Assembly: GCF_009914755.1 (NCBI RefSeq)
Contig: NC_060936.1
DNA: 64,000 nt
Source: the human T2T-CHM13v2.0 reference genome, Homo sapiens
Reading direction: 5' to 3' (one strand)
The first letter of the stretch is position 1; every line of letters begins with the position of its first letter. A program made the translations under genes and the position numbers. Under the pieces are notes generated by a model that ran no database searches, was not told the origin of the DNA, and saw nothing but the letters and a program-made list of their open reading frames with translations. Positions 1 through 18,210 of this stretch are shown here, piece after piece.

Positions 1-1960
<1,960 letters not shown>

Positions 1961-2437
1961 AGGAAGTGTCACTATAAAGAAGACAGTTGAGAGAACAATG
2001 GAAGGATGAATAAAATCCACATAATGATGAGCAATTCCAATGAGAAATAACAAGGCAAATAAGAACGTAGAGACGTGCAAAGTGCAGAGAAGTGCAAGGT
2101 AAGTACCATTATAAGGAGTATAAGTAGGAAATAAAGCTAAGAAAGAGATCAACTGAGAGACACAAGCAAGATCAAAGGCCTCTCTCACTTTCTACAACAT
2201 TCAAAACACATTTGTACAACAGGTACTAAACCAACTATATATGAGGTTTTTTCCAGGGTAGAGGCCAGTACATATATAGATGATACTTTATTACAATGTA
2301 CTGAAGGTGTCCCTCAATCTTCCACTACTACATATGTATATACATATAAGAAATATAATAAGTGAAAAGAAACAATCAGTAGGTAAACAATTTAACTTCG
2401 AAATTTGAGTAGGTGTTCATTTAAATGGGTTTTCATC

Positions 2438-2731
2438 GGCTGGGCGAGGTGGCTCGCACCTGTAATCCCAGCACTTTAGGAGGCTGAGGTGGGTAGATAA
2501 CCTGAAGTCAGGAGTTTGAGACCAGCCTGGCCAACATGGTGAAACCCCATCTCTACTAAAAATACAAAAATTAACTGGGCGTGTTGACAGGCACCTGTAA
2601 TCCCAGCTACTCGGGAGGTTTAGGTAGGAGAATCACTCGAACCAGGGAGGCAGAGGTTTGCAGTAGGCTGAGATCGTGCCATTGCACTCAAGCCTGGGCA
2701 ACAAGAGCAAAATTCCATCTCATAAATAAAC
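2438..2731 (+). mobile_element. AluS inserted next to the exon 19 donor
   Basis: dimeric Alu; degenerate TSD aaatgggttttcat (2423-2436) / aaatagtttttcat (2732-2745). Confidence 0.93.
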
Positions 2732-2751
2732 AAATAGTTTTTCATATATAC

Positions 2752-2860
2752 CTCTGATATGAAAAGAGCCATCGTCACTTCTCTCTACCACAAGATGATC
2801 AATATGTACAGTTACAGGAGCTGGTTCAAGGGATACTGTACTACTCCGGGGACTATCATC
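2752..2860 (-). CDS. BLTP3B: Exon 19 (109 nt): DDSPRSSTVSLEP...DGSFHIR(D)
   Basis: ctgtag|GATGAT ... GAG|gtatat; phase 0 to 1. Confidence 0.94.
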
Positions 2861-3164
2861 CTACAGGAAAGAAAAATAACATTGACATGTTACTTCATTC
2901 GGTCATATTTTTAATGAGTTAAAGATAACACATGTATCTTTATATGTTTCAGCTGATATAGCGAGAAAACTGCCTGTTATATTTTGCCTGTTATATATTT
3001 CCTAATTTCCAAAAAAGATCTCTACATCATTTACCAAAAAAGACAAAATCATTTTAATAAATGCTGATAGAATATATTTTATAGAGAAGGCACATTCTTA
3101 GACATGAATGAAAGTCCAGATAAGGAAAAGGAACATGAAAATATAAAATTATTTATTAACATAC

Positions 3165-3418
3165 TTTTAAATTTATTTTCGTGTTAGAAACTTGTATCTT
3201 CATTGGCATTACTGTTGCAACAGTTTCATCTTCCAAAAAATGTTGAATATTCATAAGAGAAGATGTAAGAAACTCAGTGCTGAAGTTTTCTATGTGGCAC
3301 TGCAGAAATCCATTTTTTTCTGCAAGTAAAGAGTGTATTACAGCACCAGGCCCACTTTCAAATCTCAGAGAAATCTCAGGAGAGGATTTGGAATGAATTA
3401 CAGCTTTCTGATCGGAAC
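3165..3418 (-). CDS. BLTP3B: Exon 18 (254 nt): (G)SDQKAVIH...SNTKINLK
   Basis: ccttag|GTTCC ... AAA|gtatgt; phase 1 to 0. Confidence 0.95.
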
Positions 3419-3825
3419 CTAAGGAAAATGAACATACAAAAATGTTTGTAGCATTATTCAATAATATTACAATTATGTGCCATGTAGTACATTAAAATAA
3501 TACTAGTTTTACTATTTCCCCCTAGTTTAAATGATACTCTATAGTACATATACAATATACGTACACACACTAATTTCAATATTTTATGGCAACTTTCTAC
3601 TACAATAATGTTGATTTTTCTGTATTTTCTGTTTTTTTGATAACAAGAAAAACACATTATGATAGAACTAAGGTGTGATACATGCCTCAGATACTTAGTG
3701 TGTGTTTGATTGTGTACCTAACTATACATTCAAATGTTGGCTGTGAAGCAGAAATAAGTCAGACATTTAAAGTGACTCTTAAGCCATTTCTCAAGAAGTA
3801 ACAAAAGCCTGAGGTTTTGCACCTT

Positions 3826-3877
3826 CCTCATTAAATTGGGTCCTTAAATAACCTCATTAAATTGGGTCCTCAAATAA
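3826..3877. repeat. 26-bp tandem duplication, with a partial third copy at 3899-3911
   Basis: cctcattaaattgggtcct(t/c)aaataa x2. Confidence 0.9.
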
Positions 3878-3950
3878 TGGAAAAGTAAACAGAAAAGACC
3901 TCATTAAATTGTTTCTTTAGAAGGCAAACCAAAAACTGAAATTATAGTAA

Positions 3951-3989
3951 GGGGGGGGAGAGAGAGAGAGAGAGAGAGAGAGAGTGAGA

Positions 3990-4033
<44 letters not shown>
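3951..4033. repeat. Compound microsatellite G8-(GA)n-(GT)n
   Basis: read directly from the sequence. Confidence 0.97.
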
Positions 4034-4038
<5 letters not shown>

Positions 4039-5389
4039 TACATTTACTTATGCCTGGACCCTGTCCCCCCAAAAAATTTATAGATGGCCTAGAGAGGTAT
4101 AAACACATAGTTTAAAAACAAATTTTAAAATTCCAATAATAGAATATCTAACTTAAAAAACAAAAGTTCCTAGTGAAACCCCTGAAGTAAATTACTTGTA
4201 AACTCACACTCAGGGTAACCATTTTGCTTATTTGTTTTATGCTAATTGGTTCCAAAATGGGTAAGAGGCAATATGCACATGGTATAATCTGATAAAAAAT
4301 GAGGAGACATGGAAAAAAGTAAGGATGGAAGGGAAAAGGGGAAAAGTAGTTGGTAAGATTAATAACCCAAAATGCATTATTTAAATTCCTATACCAAAAG
4401 GTGGACCAAAAATGAGCTCCCTAGCAAAAAAGATAAAAATATGATCAGTTTTGCAACTCATATAACCTTTAAGATAAAAACAAACTCGTCCTGGAAAGGC
4501 GAAGCTGTTTCAGTTTCTGAGGTATGAAAGTTATTTATCCCACAGGTCCTCATAAGAAGACTGCTATATCAATTCATGATGGAGTTTTAAAAATTCATAA
4601 TGAGAAGGTATTTTATTTTTCTTCAGCATGGGTGTGACTAGTCTTAAACAGGTCAAATATATGCATGTGTGTGAAAGGGAGAGATTTGCAAGAAATTAAA
4701 GATGTGTGTATTTATTTACACCAAGGATAGGTCTCCATTCACAATTCCAGGTGGAGAATTGCTCTTGAATCTTGTATTCCAGGTACAGAATTATATTTAA
4801 TTAGTGTTATTACTACTTATTAACATTCCAGAAAATAATGCAAGAGTTCAAATCTAACTCCAAAGAATTATTTAAATATTTCAAAATTCAAATATTTTTA
4901 TTTTTTAAAATAGAAGGTAAAAGAAACAGCCACAAATTGGTAATGGTTAGTGTTCTTTCCCATAGCAAGAAAAACAAGAGTGAACTTGCTGAACAAGAGA
5001 ACTTGCCAACAAACAACTTGATTAATGTGATTTTATTTTGCCTTTTTATCTGTCTAGGTCTACACACACACACATTCTCATCCCATGGAGTAAAGCCAGG
5101 AATAATTTCAAACAAAATGAGTTTTTTGGAGACGAAATAAAACAAAACAAAAATTTTCTTCATCAAAATCACTCCTCTCTACTACCCCTTATACCATGGA
5201 ACCATTAAGCTATGTCTTCCTATTGAAGCTCCACACACTATAGAAAAAACCACTAACTACTAATAATAAGTAAATGTAATTTTCCTTGAATTCAATTATA
5301 GCCAAGATAGGATTGCTGGTGAGACATATATAAAAGTTAAAACATATTAAACCATTGTATATGAAAAATAATTAAAAAAAAAAACTTAC

Positions 5390-5540
5390 CAACTGGACGA
5401 TTACAAAGGTAATGCCGAAGGCTGATATTGCCTAATTGGTCTGGTGTCACCTGGTTCACTTGAAGACAGATTTCTGTATCTTCCCCTCGGATGTCAATTT
5501 CCCCATTAACACCAGTAATTTTAAATACCACAACGGACAT
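5390..5540 (-). CDS. BLTP3B: Exon 17 (151 nt): [10 protein letters not shown]...YLCNRPV(G)
   Basis: taatag|ATGTCC ... TTG|gtaagt; phase 0 to 1. Confidence 0.95.
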
Positions 5541-5838
5541 CTATTAATGATTGCATAAATAATATTAGTATGCCAAGCAGTTCAAAACAAAATTTAAGAA
5601 ATAATATAGGAAACTACCATTACCCTCTAAAAATACAATTGTGACCTACCAGACCAAAAGTATACTTGTGACCTACAGAACACGGTTGTTACATTATAGT
5701 GAAAACCTTTCATTTACTTAAAAAAAAAATTAGGTCACAAGGATTGTAAAATGTTTTTCATTAAAAGCTAGACATAATATATTTTTCAAGTCTCCCAGAA
5801 GTATTTCACTGCATCAGGAGGGCTTAAAAGAAACCATT

Positions 5839-6060
<222 letters not shown>

Positions 6061-6300
6061 AGCAATACAGAAAAAAGAAAGAGCCTCCACTCCTCAATAT
6101 GAATAAAACAAATTTAGAAAAGTAAAATCAAAGGAAAAACGATTGGGGGGAGGCATTTTCAAGAACAAAAGCTGCAAATTGAATTGCCCACCATCTAAGA
6201 ATTCATTTTATATATGAATGTCTCAAAATATATACATGTCAAATATGAAATAAAGTTGGTGGCATTTATCTTCATAGAATCTCTCTGAAATGATTATTAC

Positions 6301-6443
6301 CAGGTCATCATGATTTTCCTGAGCACCCTCTGAATTTGTACTGATGGCATCTGGAGAAGTTTCACCATAATTCTGTAGGTTTGCACCAGCATTCACACTT
6401 TCTGCTGTGCCCCTGTAATTTGTAGTTGAGTTCTTTTTATTTC
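6301..6443 (-). CDS. BLTP3B: Exon 16 (143 nt): (G)NKKNSTTNY...QENHDDL
   Basis: tttcag|GAAAT ... CTG|gtaata; phase 1 to 0. Confidence 0.95.
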
Positions 6444-6995
6444 CTGAAATAACACAAAAGTAAATTAATAAATTAAAGTCAGTTTTACACATGATCTAAC
6501 ACTGTATGCTTATTTAACAAAAATGGACTATCCCTTCAACTCTTTCTCAAGCACTGCCTCCTTTAAAAAATGGACCAAGAAAAATTAGATTGTAATTAGT
6601 TAGCAAACAATGAATGTGCTATAATTCAATATTTCTCAAACTATCTGTGGTAAAAGACAATTTTTTTTAAAATTCAGTAGCCATCACAGATCAATACTTT
6701 TAAAAAATGCCATAAAAATGAATTAATAGAAAAATTAGGTAAGAAAACCTAAAGACATACAAAACATAAGTCTCAATTTATTATTGTATTTACTACTCTG
6801 TAGTCAGCTTCTAACATAGTGCTTGGCAATGTGGTAGGTGCTCAATACATTATTAAAAAAATGGCCCAGGGAAAATACCTGTGAATACATTTGTGGTATG
6901 AGGGGCTAATAAAGGCATTTCATAAGGGGTTCCTAACATCATCAGGGGTTAAGAAGACATCTCTGATAAAATAATATTTCCACTAAAGTGAACAA

Positions 6996-8635
<1,640 letters not shown>

Positions 8636-9989
8636 ATATATATTTTTTGGCTACAGAATAAAGAATGAACTGCAAATGGATAAGAAGAGATGTGGAAAGA
8701 CTAGTTAGGGACCAGAGGTAGGCTGATAGTCCAGTTATGTGTTTATATGTGTTCATAAATATGTACATACATTCACAAATATGTATACATGCACGCATGC
8801 ACATACATATCTTTTTGTATACACATACCTTTGTATGTATCTGACACACCCACACACGTATATAAAAATACATAGATAAAAGCCTGGAAGCATATACACC
8901 AAAAGTTGACGGTAGTTACTTCTGCAGTGGGGAATGATATCAAGGAGACAGTAAGGGTGATATGATACTAAGGTGATAACTTCAATTTTTACTCTAGGGA
9001 TTTCCATATTATCTGGTTTATGGAAATGCCTAGAGTAAAAAATTGAAGATATCACATTAGTATCTCCCTTATTCTCCTTTTTAAATGAGAGAATACTCAT
9101 ATATTTCTTGTAAAATTAAAACAAAACAAAATACCAAGAGTCTCCTTCCAATGAAAATTAATGACCCTGACATAAAAATAAGTCACTGTTCAAAAGAACC
9201 AGGAATGTATATCATTAAAATGTTACACACAAAGTCTACACTTTTTAAGATCCTAAAAATAGTCTACTGCTGGAATCTATTCTAAGATAGTCATCAAAAA
9301 TGCAGACAAAAATTTGTGAACAATAATATAATTATAGCACTTTTATAACTGATAAATTATAAACAATCTAAACATCCAACATCAGGGAAATCTTTAAAAG
9401 GCTATGGTACATTCTTATGACAATTTTATATAGGCTTAAAAATATTTTCAAAGGAGTTTAAATAATATTAGAGAATACTTACAGATGATAAAAAGTAGGT
9501 TACAAGCCAAATACATAATATGACAGCAAACATACATATATATGGGTACATACACAAATTCATAAAATAAATAACAGTTGATATATTGTGAATGTGAGAC
9601 TTTTTGGTGATTTTATTCTCCAAATTGTGGTTGTATTTTCCAAGTTTTCCACATTGAGTGGTAGTCACTTTTACTTATTATTTAATTATTAGAAATAATA
9701 AAATCACTGATGCTTTCAGATTAAGTAGGGTTATCTGCCAGAAGAACATTGTTTTTGAAATATATTTTGATCATAGGACAAAAATCCTCTATTAAGGTAG
9801 GATTTTAAATCATAAAGGGGGCACGGGGGAACTAGAGTTATCTGCGAATCTAGAATAGATTTTCATGACACACATTAGTACCTCTTCTACATTTAAGTGA
9901 TATGCTGGAAAGAAGATTGCTATGAATTATAACAGAGTTAGACAGAGAATTTTTGTTTATGTATGGTACACATTCCCCAAGTCTGGGGA

Positions 9990-11265
<1,276 letters not shown>

Positions 11266-11319
11266 ACAGAGTTGTCACTCAAATTAAAAGAAGTAAACTA
11301 TTTAAGCACCTGCAACAGT

Positions 11320-11610
11320 ATGAATGCGTCCCTTTGAAATTCATGTGTTGGCAAAGTGATAGTACTAAGAGGTAGGGCTTTTAAAGGATGATCAGCCCAT
11401 GAGAGCTTACCCCTACATGAATGGGATTAAGACCCTTAAAAAAGAGGCTTCAGGTAGCTTCTCTTGACCTCCAGAGGACTGCAAAATGCAACGCTTACAA
11501 TTTGATGAGGTTTGATCTTGGACTTCCCAGCCTCCAGAACTGTGAGAAATAAATTTCTGTTCTTTATAAATTACCCAGTCTGTGGTATTCTGTGATAGAA
11601 CAAAACAGAC
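11320..11610 (+). mobile_element. MLT1-type MaLR LTR fragment
   Basis: ttggacttcccagcctccagaactgtgagaaataaatttctgttctttataaattacccagtc hallmark. Confidence 0.8.
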
Positions 11611-11777
11611 ATTGCTTGGCAATAAATGGTAGCTACCACTATGGTACTTACATCAATAATACATATTATATTATTACTTATTATATACTTGTTATATTTA
11701 TTATGTTACTAATTATCTAATCTAAGCTTTTCATCTAAATCAGTGGGCTTATTTCCTTTCAAACAGAAAGTAATTCA

Positions 11778-12070
11778 GGCCAGGCATGGTGGCTCATGCC
11801 TGTAATCCCAGCATTTTGGGACGCCGAGGTGCACGGATCATTCGAGGTCAGGAGTTTGAGACCAGCCTGGCCAACATGACGAAACCCCATCCCTAGTAAA
11901 AATACAAAAATTAGCCAGGCATGGTGGTGCATGCCTGCAATCCCAACTACTTGGGAGGCTGAGGCAGGAGAACTGCTTGAACCCGAAGGCAGAGGTTTCA
12001 GTAAGCTGAGATCACAATACTGCACTCCAGCCTGGGCGACAGAGTGAAAAAAAAAAAAGAAAGAAAGAAA
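11778..12070 (+). mobile_element. AluS
   Basis: dimeric Alu with TSD agaaagtaattca. Confidence 0.92.
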
Positions 12071-12792
12071 AAAGAAAGTAATTCATATTTGCCTCTGGTA
12101 TCCTATGTTTTTGTGTCTGCAGCAACTACTTTCTGACTATGGCCCATGCTTCTAATTCCTGTTTACAAACTCCTTAATGCCTTAATGAGGGAGATGCAAC
12201 TAACACCTTCTAAGTCATTTCTAGCAGTCTTTACTGGGGCATTGGTTGTCTCTCAATAAAATGGGAAAATCATGTAGTTACACCATATACTATCATATAT
12301 GTGAAAGAATCCTAATTTTGTAAATCAGTAGAATTCACCATGCAAATTAAGCCCACCTAATCAAATTTCCAAATATAGGAGTCTCTGTAATAGAGGCTGG
12401 TAGCCTTAATGTCGCCTGCTTTATGGTCTAAATGACTGCATACATATAATTGCTGGATCTCAGCCATAGAGAGGCAGGAGTATCTGGTTAAAAGAAACAA
12501 TGGAACAACCATTAGAGGAAAGTTAGGTACTCTTGCATAGTCCCTGTATGTATAAATAAGTCTTTTTGGGGGGCTATAATGAACAATTAGAATATATCTA
12601 AAAATAACTAAATATTATTAATAATTAACAATTACTAAATATAAGTAGAAATATTCAGTTATTTTTAGTTATGTTCAGTAACTTTAAAAAGCATGGGTAC
12701 AGTTAACAATTACTGAATATAACTAAAAGCATCCCTTTTCTCCTAAGGTGTATGTACGTAATATGAATTCTTAAGCCGTATCATAACTTTAC

Positions 12793-12968
12793 CTTTTTCC
12801 AAAAACATATGGCTATCACTTCCATCACTTTCTAATAACTGTTCTTCCAATATCATGCTGTCAAGTGAAATGGTATCCAATGACATTTGTGAAGAGCTTC
12901 TTTTCATATTCTTATAAGAAACACAGAGAGGAGCCAGGTTGGGTGGGCAACGTTCCTTAGGCTTTCCA
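12793..12968 (-). CDS. BLTP3B: Exon 15 (176 nt): (S)GKPKERCPP...[12 protein letters not shown](G)
   Basis: taacag|TGGAAAG ... AAG|gtaaag; phase 2 to 1. Confidence 0.95.
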
Positions 12969-13250
12969 CTGTTAACAAAATTATTAGAAAATTATTACAT
13001 ATAGAGAAAAGAATTCTATCTAAAAAATACTTCTAAGAGAATTAAAATATGTATATAGCATCCATAGCTGAAATTATATTTAAACGTATAAGCTCAAAGT
13101 GTTTTCATATTTTGAAACATCTACTCTTCTACATGTTAACAATGCCATATTTTGTCATGAGCTTTTCTGCCTCAAAACAAAATACACTCATAGGCACACA
13201 CGCTCCACAAAATAAATTAATTTTTAAAAAGGCCAATAAAATGTTGTTAC

Positions 13251-14755
13251 CTTAAAGATGACTGTGATTTAAGTGTTCTAACTGGGGGGGTCTCTTCTTT
13301 ACTGATATCCAGGTTTTCAGAGAGTGAAGCTGCTTCTGGAAGCAAATCTTCAGCTTTAAAGATGGACTCTATGGTTTCATTTCCTTTACTAGTTAAAGTA
13401 CTTGAAAGTATGTTTTGATTACCATCACTATCAAATGAAAGTATATTCGAATCTTCTCTGTAGTTTAAGATACTACTTGAATCTGTATAAAATGAATCCT
13501 TTTTGTCACTTGTTTCTGATCCAATTTCTCCTGAGCCACTTTTGTAAACAAGTCCACTACTTTCATCTTCACTTATTTTCCCTAAATGTTTATCTGATAA
13601 ATAGTCCATAAAAGAAATGCCTTTTTGCAGATTTGTATCACTAGCTGATTTAAAAAGCAAAGGATCCTTTAAAGGGATATGGCTAAGGTCAACACTCATA
13701 GATCTGTTGTCTGACATATGATTAACAGTTACACTTCTAATTCTATTTATATCCCTACTAATTTGTTTTCTTTTTGAAGACAAAAAATCCCCATTTTCTG
13801 TAGGCAAATAATCAGGTACCACTGGGCTCACACTTTCAGAAACAGGAGACTTAAGAGTATTTGCTTGATCCACTGGATGGAGCAAAAGAGCCAGTTCTGC
13901 ACTTCTAAGTAAAATTCCAATACAAATGGATGTCTGACTAGCAGGACTGCCAGTTACAGCTTCTACATCTTTCCTTAAGTTCTCTGAAAGCAGGATAAGT
14001 GACTCATGCAGGAAAAGTAGAAGCAGATACTGGTAGTGATTAATCTGCATACTGACATGTTTATGAACATGAACTAGGAGATGAATATCTGCCTCTGACG
14101 AGGAAGGGGAAAATCTGAAAAATGTATCTGATGAAGAAGGCTTCTGACCACCATTTGTCAAAGGCTCAGACTCTGTACTATAATACTCCTTCAAGAGCTT
14201 CTTCCGCTTCAATCGGCCAGCCAGATCACTAGATTCACTTTGTGATGTATTTAGAGATACCTGATTACAAGTCTGCGGCTCTTTTTGTGACTCTGCATAT
14301 CTTGTTGGTTGACAAATCCAAATGGAAAGAGGGAATGAGTCTACAAAACTTATTGGCCGTCCTTTTCCACTTTTCATCCCTTCATAATCTATCCAAAATT
14401 GAGAAAAGTACACAGCCCAAACATCCGTGGCAGCAGAAGTTTTAAGAGTGTTTTTATTCAATTGGGGAGTAATATTTCCTTTATAAATTTCATGCATTTT
14501 GGTATCTTGTTCATGAGCATGTCTCTGGAAAATTGGATGTAGAAGATTAAAATTGTCACAAGATTTGGGGAAGCTGGTATATGTTTTACTAAAAAAATCA
14601 CAATCTTTAAAGTCTTGAAACAAAGCTTCTAGGTCAGAATGTCGACAGTTTGGACAGTGCCTTGTATTTGTGGCAATCATTTCAGAACTCTGAATAGAAA
14701 TTGCACGTGGCTGATCTTGATGACATTCAGATTTCACTTCAGAAGGAATGACAAA
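13251..14755 (-). CDS. BLTP3B: Exon 14 (1505 nt, very large internal exon): FVIPSEVKSEC...TLKSQSSL(S)
   Basis: cttctag|TTTGTC ... AAG|gtaaca; corresponds to the 496-aa ORF 13247..14737. Confidence 0.97.
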
Positions 14756-15071
14756 CTAGAAGAGAAGAAAAATTAATCTCATCCAACTGGCAAATCCATA
14801 CATCTTGAAGATAAAAGAACATGACTTAGCTCAGAAATTCTTTTTCTTGACCTTTCCCCCAAAATACTACTTTCCTATTAAGACGTAAAACACTAACTCT
14901 TCCCCTCAAATCTTATTAAATTGAGTAAAGGGGACTTACATGACCACTAAGAAGAGAATCTTTTTAAAAAACATAACATGAATTAATAATCAATGTAACA
15001 TACATATACGCACAAATCATAAAATAAAAAGAACAAAATTAAATCATTACTACTACTTGTTTGTATGATAC

Positions 15072-15265
15072 CTTTAGCATTAAGCCATCAACTCGAACAT
15101 CAACATGCTCGTCAGATTTTGAATTGTCATTCAACTTGTACACAGCCATGAACTGATTAAGACTCTGTTTTAAATCCAACAGAAATTGATTTAACCATAG
15201 AATGCTTCTTTCATCCACAGTAAACTGTAGTGCATTCAGCTGGCTATAGAGGTTGGGAGATGGAA
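15072..15265 (-). CDS. BLTP3B: Exon 13 (194 nt): (I)PSPNLYSQLN...VRVDGLMLK
   Basis: ccacag|TTCCA ... AAG|gtatca; phase 1 to 0. Confidence 0.96.
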
Positions 15266-16598
15266 CTGTGGAGACAAGATGTTTTTTAAAAATTTTTAAT
15301 TGGATGGTTCTAAATCTTCCCTGAGAACAAAAAATACATGTTTAGTCAGTTTTATTCTTTCTTAAGATAAAACAAATTTGAGGTATTATTTACAAAATCA
15401 AAGTGATACATTGGAATGATAACAAACACATTTAGATAGACAAAAAAAATTTCCCATGCCTAACTGAAAAAATGTTTTAATATTTCAAAATATCTATAAC
15501 ATATAAATATATAAAACACATGAATATTTTGAATATATAAATTAATCTAAAACTAACTGCATAAAACAGGAAGCACTGTTTCAATTTCTTTCCTAAGGTT
15601 GTATTTACCAAGAAGCAAACCTCTAAAAACATTACCTTCTTGATGAAGTATCACATCAAAGTGGTCCTCGATCACATATTTCTGTAGACTTTACAACCTG
15701 AATCTTAATCTATATCTTCTAAAATGAGAGAGCTAAGTTAACCAATTTCTTATGAAAGTGCTATGCTAGCAGGTTCTCCTTGAAAGGAGGGACCGTGCAT
15801 AAATTTATTCCCCACTTTTAATCAAGGCCTATAATAGTGCTTGGAGTAATGTAAAAACCAAGTATCTCCTGAATAATAAAATGAATTCACTCTTTCATAG
15901 CTCTCCTAAAATAAACTAATATTTACAATTAGAGGGTATATCACTTCCTGAAATATACATATTTTTCTACCATAAAAGACATTTTGTTTTCAGAGCACCT
16001 TGAAGATCTTTTATTCTAAAAATTCAGACATATTTATTCCTACAAAAGCTAAAGTTATGCATATCTAGAGCATTTAGACTAAATTTAAGAAAAATAAATC
16101 AAAGGTGTGAGATACCAGTGGAGAGGGAACACTGTAACAATGTCCTGAATATGGTTTATTTGCTTATGTTATTTATTTATTCATTCACTTTCCTTTAAGA
16201 TTCACTGAATGTCAACTACATTGTCTTACCCTAAGCACAAAGAAAACAAAAAAATAGGGCATGGTCCTTTTTCCTTAAAAGTTCGTAGTTTATTACATGA
16301 GACATATACAAACAGAGAAAAATTACAATTTAAGTCTATCAGAGACATGCAATTGTGAAGTGGAGGTGCCTGCCTTTTGGGAATAGAAATAAAGTGGGTG
16401 CTGCAGAGACTGCATCACACTCTGGAAGGAAAGGAAGTAAAGGGAATATCTCAACGTAGATTGATTGATGATGGTAGTCACAGAGTAGACTAGGGAGCAA
16501 ATGCTGCCCAAGACTAGAGCACAGAAAGAACCCCGATAGCAGATGTGGGACTGAAAAAGGAACCCAGGACACTAAGCAGTAGAAAGATCTATATGCAG

Positions 16599-17003
<405 letters not shown>

Positions 17004-17088
17004 TCACGAAGGGAAAGAAGCAGGGTGCAAATTAAATATGTAAAAGAAATACATGCATTAAAAACAAGACTAACAATGCTATACTTAT

Positions 17089-17466
17089 TGCTATGGGTTG
17101 AATTGTGTCCCTCCAAAATTCATTTACTGAAATTCTATCCCCCTGTAGCTCAGAATGTATTTGGAGCTAAAGCCTTTAAACAGACAATTACGGTAAAATG
17201 AGTTCACTGGGTGGGCCCTAGTCCATTATGACTCATATTCTTATAAGAACCGAACAGGAGGGACATACACACATACACAGAAGGAAGACCATGTGAAAAC
17301 AAAGGGGAAAGATGACCATCTACAAAGAGAGCAGTCTCAGAAGAAATAATCCTGCTGAAGTCTTCATCTCGGACCTCTAGCCTCAGAACTGTGAGACAAT
17401 AAATTTCTGTTGTTTAAGCTGCATAGTCTGTGGTATTTGTTATAGCAGCCCTAACAAATGAATATA
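17089..17466 (+). mobile_element. MLT1-type MaLR solo LTR
   Basis: tgctatgggttgaattgtgtccc ... gaactgtgagacaataaatttctgttgtttaag ... gttatagcagccc. Confidence 0.85.
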
Positions 17467-17901
17467 CTTACGTTTGAGCAGATATCTAAAACTGCAAGCG
17501 TACAAGCATTGTTTTGGCTTTTTCTTCTTTATTGTTAAAATACAATGTGTACGTTACTTTCACAATGGTAAAACGAAAGTTAAGAGATTATAAAAGTTGG
17601 ATCATTTAGTTTTGTTCAAAACAGAGATAATGAAGAATGAAAATTAACTCATCTACATGAGGGTGCAACATACTATATTCTCTACTTTTGTTTATTTTTG
17701 AAAATTTCTCTAAGAAAACATTAAATTAAAAAACAGTTAAACTTAATCTAGCAATTCCACTACCAGGTATCTACAGGGGTCAAGTTTAAAATGCAAGGAA
17801 GGAATTTTGTAACTTTTTTCAGAAAAAAAAGTACAGATTATAGAATGAGATTATAATTCCTTTGGTACATGCTAACAAAGCTTGTATAAATAAGCCTGGA
17901 T

Positions 17902-18210
17902 GGCTGGGAGTGTTGTCTCATGTCTGTAATCCCAGCGCTTTGGGAGGCCAAAGTGGGAGGATGGCTTGAGCCCAGGAGTTTGAGACTAGCCCAGGCAACA
18001 GAGTGAGATCTTGTATCTACAAAAAATTTAAAATTAGCTGGACATGATGGCTCATGCCTATAATCCTAGCTACTAGCGAGGCTGAGGTGGGAAGGTCACT
18101 TGAGTCCAGGAGTTTGAGACGGCAGTGAGCCACGATTGTGCCACAGTACTCCAGCCCAGGCACAGAGTGAGGCTGTCTCAAAAAAAAAGAAAAGAATTTA
18201 AAAAAAAAAA
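17902..18210 (+). mobile_element. AluJ
   Basis: diverged dimeric Alu. Confidence 0.88.
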
